Source: Octopus sinensis
Taxonomy: Eukaryota
Assembly (NCBI RefSeq): GCF_006345805.1
Contig: NC_043009.1
Location: forward strand, 22,196,001-22,260,000
Direction of reading: 5' to 3'
Length of the DNA: 64,000 bases
Shown here: piece after piece, positions 57,731 through 64,000 of the stretch
Layout: each line of letters opens with the position of its first letter
How positions within the stretch are numbered: the stretch's first letter is position 1
Made by a program: the position numbers and the translations under genes
Notes under the pieces: model-generated
What the model saw: only the letters and a program-made list of their open reading frames with translations
Database searches by the model: none
What the model was told of the DNA's origin: nothing

Positions 57731-58399
57731 GGACGGAAATAATTACCAAAAAAGGAAGTCAACAGGTCGGGTTAGCCTTCTATATATCCTTTTATAGGAA
57801 ATATAGAAAATCTGATAGTGTGTCGGTAACAAGATGCTTATCTTCTGACCTTAAAGAAGCCTATTGGCAGTCATTCAGCAGAAGTCCCGCGACGCCATAA
57901 CCTTCAGCGAAGAAATATTGACGTTTCACACCAGACTCCGTACCACCGGCTTCTGCTTGTTCGTTTCTCATATCGTCACCACTGCAAACGTCTTATCTAT
58001 CAGTGCAATTGTCTGTTTTCATGCCTTCCCTCTGATTCCTACACATCTACGCTCACTTTGATCAACACTTGTCAGCAATCCAAAACAAATTACTATGCTT
58101 TAAAAACAAAACTTACCTTCTGACATTTATGCATACATTTATTTCCACGGTATATTGGGACACCGTTACATTCGAACACACGACAACCAACCCTATTACA
58201 TTAAGAATCAGTAATGTTAATAGCTTACCACTAAATTTGGTGAACACGAAACTTGTACAGTCACCGGAAGTAGCTTGCACGGACACCGTAAATACATCTG
58301 CCATCACCAGAGAAAACAAAGCGACTTGCCTGACCTTTCATTGGACAAAAGCTACCTACCTGCCATTGGACACTGGCTAAACATCACTGCTGATATTTT

Positions 58400-61300
58400 T
58401 GTATAAATAGACATCATAAATCGCTGTAAAGGTAGTTGGCTTTTTGCTTTGTTAAAATCTACGTAAGTCTTTGTCGGTCTGTTTCTTGAATATTGTTGTA
58501 TGAATTTGTGTTGAACTTTGTGTTGAACTTTTGTTAAAAAAATGTTTTGTTAAAAAGTGTTATTTTGAAATGTTACTGGTTTTGAACCAGAAAAACATTG
58601 GTATTCCCCTCCGTAAGGAGTGGAAAGTGCTGTGCGTTGTAGCACAACAAAACACAAAAAAAAAAACACAATTCTTTAAAAAATGAACAAAGAAAACATT
58701 TTTTCATCTGAAAAAATGTCTGGAAAAAAAGTCTGACGAAGGTTCGCCTTCAAAAGAAACTGTAGTAGGTTAGCCTACACCAAAAATACGTCTGGAATAG
58801 ATGCAACCAAATTGAAAGTTGCTGAAGGTTCACCTTCTGATAAAGCTGTAATAACAGCTAAAGTTGCTGAAGGTTCGCCTTCTGATGAAGCTGCAATAAC
58901 AGCTAAAGTTGCTGAAGGTTCGCCTTCTGATGAAGCTGTAATAACAGCTAAAGTTGCTGAAGGTTCGCCTTCTGATGAAGCTGTAATAACAGCTAAAGTT
59001 GCTGAAGGTTCGCCTTCTGATGAAGCTGTAATAACAGCTAAAGTTGCTGAAGGTTCGCCTTCTGATGAAGCTGTAATAACAGCTGAAGTTGCTGAAGGTT
59101 CGCCTTCTGATGAAGCCGTAATAACAGCTAAAGTTGCTGAAGGTTCGCCTTCTGATGAAGCTGTCATAACAGCTAAAGTTGCTGAAGGTTCGCCTTCTGA
59201 TGAAGCTGTAATAACAGCTAAAGTTGCTGAAGGTTCGCCTTCTGATAAAGCTGTCATAACAGCTAAAGTTGCTGAAGGTTCGCCTTCTGATGAAGCTGTA
59301 ATAACAGCTAAAGTTGCTGAAGGTTCGCCTTCTGATGAAGCTGTAATAACAGCTAAAGTTGCTGAAGGTTCGCCTTCTGATGAAGCTGTAATAACAGCTA
59401 AAGTTGCTGAAGGTTCGCCTTCTGATGAAGCTGTAATAACAGCTAAAGTTGCTGAAGGTTCGCCTTCTGATGAAGCTGTAATAACAGCTAAAGTTGCTGA
59501 AGGTTCGCCTTCTGATGAAGCTGTAATAACAGCTAAAGTTGCTGAAGGTTCGCCTTCTGATGAAGCTGTGAAAGCAGCCAAAGTGATTGAAGGTTCGCCT
59601 TCCAAAGGAAAAAAAAAAGTGATGAGACTATAACATACAATTTCGCAGCCGCGGCAGGAAGGAAAATGGAAGAAATTAAGATGGAAGAGATAGACTACGA
59701 GAGTTATAAAACCATGTTCACAAGGGAGGGGAACAATGTAAAAGCAGCCCTCCCACAAGTAATTAGAGAGGAAACTCTAAAAAGAATTATAATTTACAAG
59801 TCATATATAATAAAAGAAAAAAAGATCGAGAAGGTGTCAAAGGAACAAGCGGAGAAGTGCCTTCAACCAGTATGGAACGACGTGGACTCTGTGACGTAGG
59901 GGAAGAAGTACTCCACTATAGAGGTGTACTTTAGAGACGAGGAAATGGCAAAAAAGCATTCCTTAACCCCAATCAAAACGAGCGAGATAATTCTTCTACC
60001 CTCCTATTTGGGGCGAAGATCATCAAAAATAAGGATCGAAGACATACCCCCAGAAATTGAGGTGAAGTAGCTGCTTCCAGCCTTATTAATGGGGCTGGAG
60101 AGAAAAATAAGAGTGGTAAATATCTCAAAGATAAAAAAAGAAAATTGGAGAGGCCAGACACTACATATAATAATACAGGCAGCCCCAGAAACGCTGGAGG
60201 AGGTCCCAGAGAGCATCCAATTCGGCGAGGAAATTAACTTGCGCGCGGTGGTGGAGGGGCGAAAGCCTCGATGCTACGAATGTGGCGAAAAGGGACACAT
60301 CCGTATGGAATGCCCCACCCGCAAGAAAAAAGAAGGGCAGAAGAAGTGGAGAAGAAGAGTAAAGAGATGGAGGAAGAAAAACCAAAGGAAGATGAAAATG
60401 CCTTCACGTTGGTGAGGCAAAAGAAAACATCTAAGAGAAAAAACGTTAACAAACCCACCCATCCCATGTACAAATAAAAAGAAATCAAACACACAGGGGG
60501 GGAAATCTACCCCACCCAACCACGGTTCCCCACAAAAAGATGTCGAACTGGAAGCAAGGGCGCCTCCTAAATTACATCAGGTCACGAGATTTAGATGTTG
60601 TTGTTGCTACAGAAACCCGGTTAAAGGGGCCAAGAGATCTGCTCCTGCTGTTCGACGGTTACGAGAGAATTATCTCTCCGAACCCGTCGGCCGGCGGAAG
60701 CGGGGTGTTGGTCCTGGGTAAAAAGAACCGGGTTTCTGAGAAAAAGTTGATTTTTTCAGATCCAGAAGGTAGGCTGGTCGTCGTTGATTTGACGTTCAGT
60801 AGTCGTAAGACAATCAGGCTGGTTGCGGTTTACGCACCCAACCAAAAGGGGCAAAGTGATTATTTTCGGAACCTTGAGAAGTTTCTGAGTACATCGCACC
60901 CTTTAGTAATTTTAGTAGACTTCAACACAGTCTGCAATGCGCGGGTAGACTGCGAAGGCTCGCGTACAGATAGGAAAGGTAATGCTTGCTTCCAGGATCT
61001 ACTAAGACGTTTTGAGCTGGTAGATCCCTATAGACTGGAACATCCGAACGCTCCATTGTGGACATGGTCAAGCAGCGACGGATCGTCCAAGTCATGCATA
61101 GACAGGATACTAATTAGAAAGGTAGATAGCTCCACATGGTCAGCTACAGTGACCACAAGATGGTCACCTTTAGGCTAGACATAGATAAGATAAATAGAGG
61201 TCCTGGTTACTGGAAACTTAATACGTTCCTCTTGGCGATTAAGGAGTACAGTGATAGGATTAGGTTAATGATTCAGAGGGCCATGACCGGATCCATTATT

Positions 61301-64000
61301 AACAACAAATGGTGGTATGCCCTCAAGCGAGCCATCAGATACGAGTCTATTAGGTATAGTATAGATCTTGTAGCTAGAGAGGCTAGAAAGGAATCAACAC
61401 TAGTTAAGGACTTAGAGGAAGCAATGCGAACTGGCACTGCGGCTCAGGTGAAGGTCAAGAGACTGGTTTTAAACCAGCACCTCGAAGCTAAACACATGGG
61501 TTGCATTGTCAGGGCTAGACAACGTGCAATGGGGAGCGAAAGAATCAAGGCCGCAGGATGGGCCCGAGTGGTGGAAGCCCAACGTGGCAACGATGCTACA
61601 ATTCGATCTCTGACGAACCAACAGGGTAAGTTGATAGACGAGCCCAAGGAGATGTGTCAAGCTTTTCAGAACCACTTCGCCCAGCTCTTTGGGGGGAGCG
61701 GCGGACCGGATAGGAAGAGGGACCTAACGGACCTCCTCGACGGGCTGCCGCGCCTCTCGAGGCGGGACGCGAAGTGTAGTGAGGAGCTGATCACACCTGA
61801 GGAGGTAATAGAGGCCATGGCTGACTGCGGTGCGGGTAAGGCGCCGGGACTGGATGGTCTACCCTACGAGCTTTACAAGAGTATGCCGGACTTGTTCGGG
61901 GACTTACTGGTGAACGTCTACGCAAACTGGCAACAGAATGGGTTTATTCCCAGATCTGTGCGCCGGGGAGTGGTGGCACTAGTCAGGAAGGACCCGAACA
62001 AGGGGGATGTCATTGATAATATTAGGCCCATCACTCTGCTTAACGCAGAGCTGAAGATTTTGGCCAAAGTGTTATCGAACAGATTGGCGCGTGTCGCGAA
62101 TGGACTGATTGGGAAGGCACAAACGTGTGCCGTACCGGGCAGGTCCATTCAGGATAATCTCCATCTCATTAAATACACTATAGAGGGAATTAATAACGAT
62201 CCCGGCAAGGGATGGGCAGTGGTCCATTTAGACCAATCAAAAGCTTTCGATAGGGTCGACCATCATTACCTGGTGTCCGTTCTGGCTCAGTTCGGCCTAG
62301 GTCTTGGCTTCCTCAGGTGGATCATTGAAATGTACGACAACGTCGACTCGGTAGTTCGGGTGAACGGCTTTCTTTCTAAGCCGTTCAGAGTCAAACGCTC
62401 GGTTCGTCAGGGATGCCCGTTCTCCCCGCTTCTGTATGTAGTGGCTCTTGAGCCGCTGCTGCGAAAACTGAGTGGCATCCCGAGGCAGCCAGGTTGTGAA
62501 ATGTCGGTTTCGGCATACGCGGATAACATCACTATCATCGTGACCGAAGTGGACCTCCTACGTAAAGTAGGCAAGGCCATAGAGGTTTACCAGACGGTGA
62601 TAGGAGCAAAAGTTAATCGTGAAAAGTCGGTCGGCTTGAAACTTGGCACCTAGAGAGGCAAGTCGATACCTCCAGACAGCGTCGTGGGACGTTGGACGGA
62701 GGGTCCGATTAAGTTGCTCGGGGTTTGGTTTGGACCAGACCTCCAAATAGAGAAGAACTGGAGCGAGGTATCGAGCAGGGTGGCTGCAGTAGCCAAGACC
62801 TGGTCTTGGCGGTGGTTATCCCTGAAAGATAGGGCGGAGGTAGCCAATGTGTTTATCGCATCGGTGATCACCTACCGCCTTGCCCGGATTCGTGGTTGAC
62901 CAAGTTGGAAAGACAGCTCTTTCACTTCTTGTGGAAGGGCTCGAAACCACTTGTGAGACGCTCTATTTGTTGTCAAAAACCGTTAAAGGGTGGACTAGGG
63001 ATGCCGTGGCTAACGATGTGCAGAAATGCGCTGAGGTTAAGGCATCTGTGGATCCATCTGGATGGTGAACGCGTGTGGTCTCCGCTGGCGAAACAGATGT
63101 TTCCCAAATTCACCAGTTTCGGTGGACGGGAAGCCTGGTATAATCGCAGATCGAAGTTGGGTTCATGGTATACGGAGTGTCGCAAAGCACTCCGACTATT
63201 CTGTCGCTCGGGCAATGCTTGCGGCAATGGTTCTACCGCTGTTTTCTATAGAGGGTTTGTGGAGGCCGGTAGCGATGATACGCTAGGGGAAACCCTAGGT
63301 TTCGACGATAATCAGCTGGCCAGTCTGTTCCAACGTACATTCGGGCCGAAGGCACTGGATAATTTTCAGAAGTCCTTGGCTTGGCAGTGTTACCGAGGAG
63401 CCTTACCTGTTCGGGACAAACTCGCAAGGCACGGTGGCCAAGTCAGCCCGACCTGTCCGAGGTGTGGGCAGGACAAGGAAACCGTCTTGCACGCGATCGT
63501 GCAGTGTTCGGAGGTGGCAGATATGTGGGTTTTTGCCGAATAACTGTTGTCAAATGGAGGAGGAGTACAGCTATCAACTGAATCCATTGTAAAAATCAAT
63601 CCACCGGATTTCTTAACGAAAGAAGGTAAGAATTGTTTTCTCTCAGTGGTTTCAACTGCGAAACAGGTAGTATGGAAGACAGGGATGAAAGGAATGATAA
63701 CAGGCGACTTCATCTCTGGTTCTAGTCTGGTGGTTTTCTTTAAATTCCACCTGAAAAGACAAATAGAACTAGAGAGGAGGGGCCTGAGTAAGAAAGTGTT
63801 TGATGAAAGGTGGAAGAATGTTGTGAGTAAAAGGTCCCTCATAAATACGAGATAGGCCGAAAAGGAAAAAAGAGAAAAAAAAACATAAGGTCAAGTGTCG
63901 TGGCGGGGTTCGTGGGGTCCGTAGACCCGCCCCACTCCATTTGTGAAATTGTCTAGTTGAATGTCTTGTCATCCGAAAATGTATAATCATCATTAAATTT
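58400..64000 (+). mobile_element. Second near full-length Tx1/L1-clade LINE, degraded; ends approximate
   Basis: ORF1 with CCHC knuckle CYECGEKGHIRMEC (60089-60415); ORF2 ETRL, VYAP, GPGYWKLN, IRPITLLN, DQSKAFDRV, QGCPFS, YADN, CPRCG..ETVLHAIVQC; several stops/frameshifts; ATTAAA near the window end. Confidence 0.92.
58815..59605 (+). repeat. 45-bp tandem array, 17 full units plus a partial, encoding KVAEGSPSDEAVITA
   Basis: Unit aaagttgctgaaggttcgccttctgatgaagctgtaataacagct; ORF 58812-59633. Confidence 0.97.

Noticed and set aside
58775-59758. 327-aa antisense ORF over the 45-bp array
   Set aside because: An open frame follows automatically from a stop-free repeat unit in multiples of 3; there is no independent evidence of a gene

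Overview
Eukaryotic, AT-rich, repeat-dense genomic DNA. It is most likely an octopus (coleoid cephalopod); this is inferred from the [20 protein letters not shown] zinc-finger gene and the repeat make-up, not proven. Host genes: (1) the 3' 11 coding exons of NFXL1 (+, 31412-47246; all GT-AG, phases join into one 545-aa frame ending in a hydrophobic tail); (2) a single-coding-exon gene with 15 C2H2 fingers (-, 51703-52998), convergent with NFXL1; (3) an orphan + strand exon at 2961-3194. The rest is mostly transposon-derived: two RTE LINEs (one with an open RT frame inside an NFXL1 intron), a CR1/L2-type LINE, two near-full-length Tx1/L1-clade LINEs plus three fragments, and an RLE-type (R4/Dong-like) 3' end. 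There are also Penelope-like and Gypsy remnants, at least three tRNA-SINE families, piggyBac- and hAT-like MITEs, 74-bp and 45-bp tandem arrays, long microsatellites and a 100-N gap. Most notable: a hammerhead ribozyme motif with an intact core in the middle of an inverted-repeat element; a Tx1 family whose three 3' junctions all sit at TATC sequence; a 45-bp x17 array in a Tx1 ORF1 whose unit folds like a hammerhead but lacks catalytic G12; and a same-strand SINE array filling the last NFXL1 intron. All calls were made by eye, with no database searches, and repeat boundaries are approximate.
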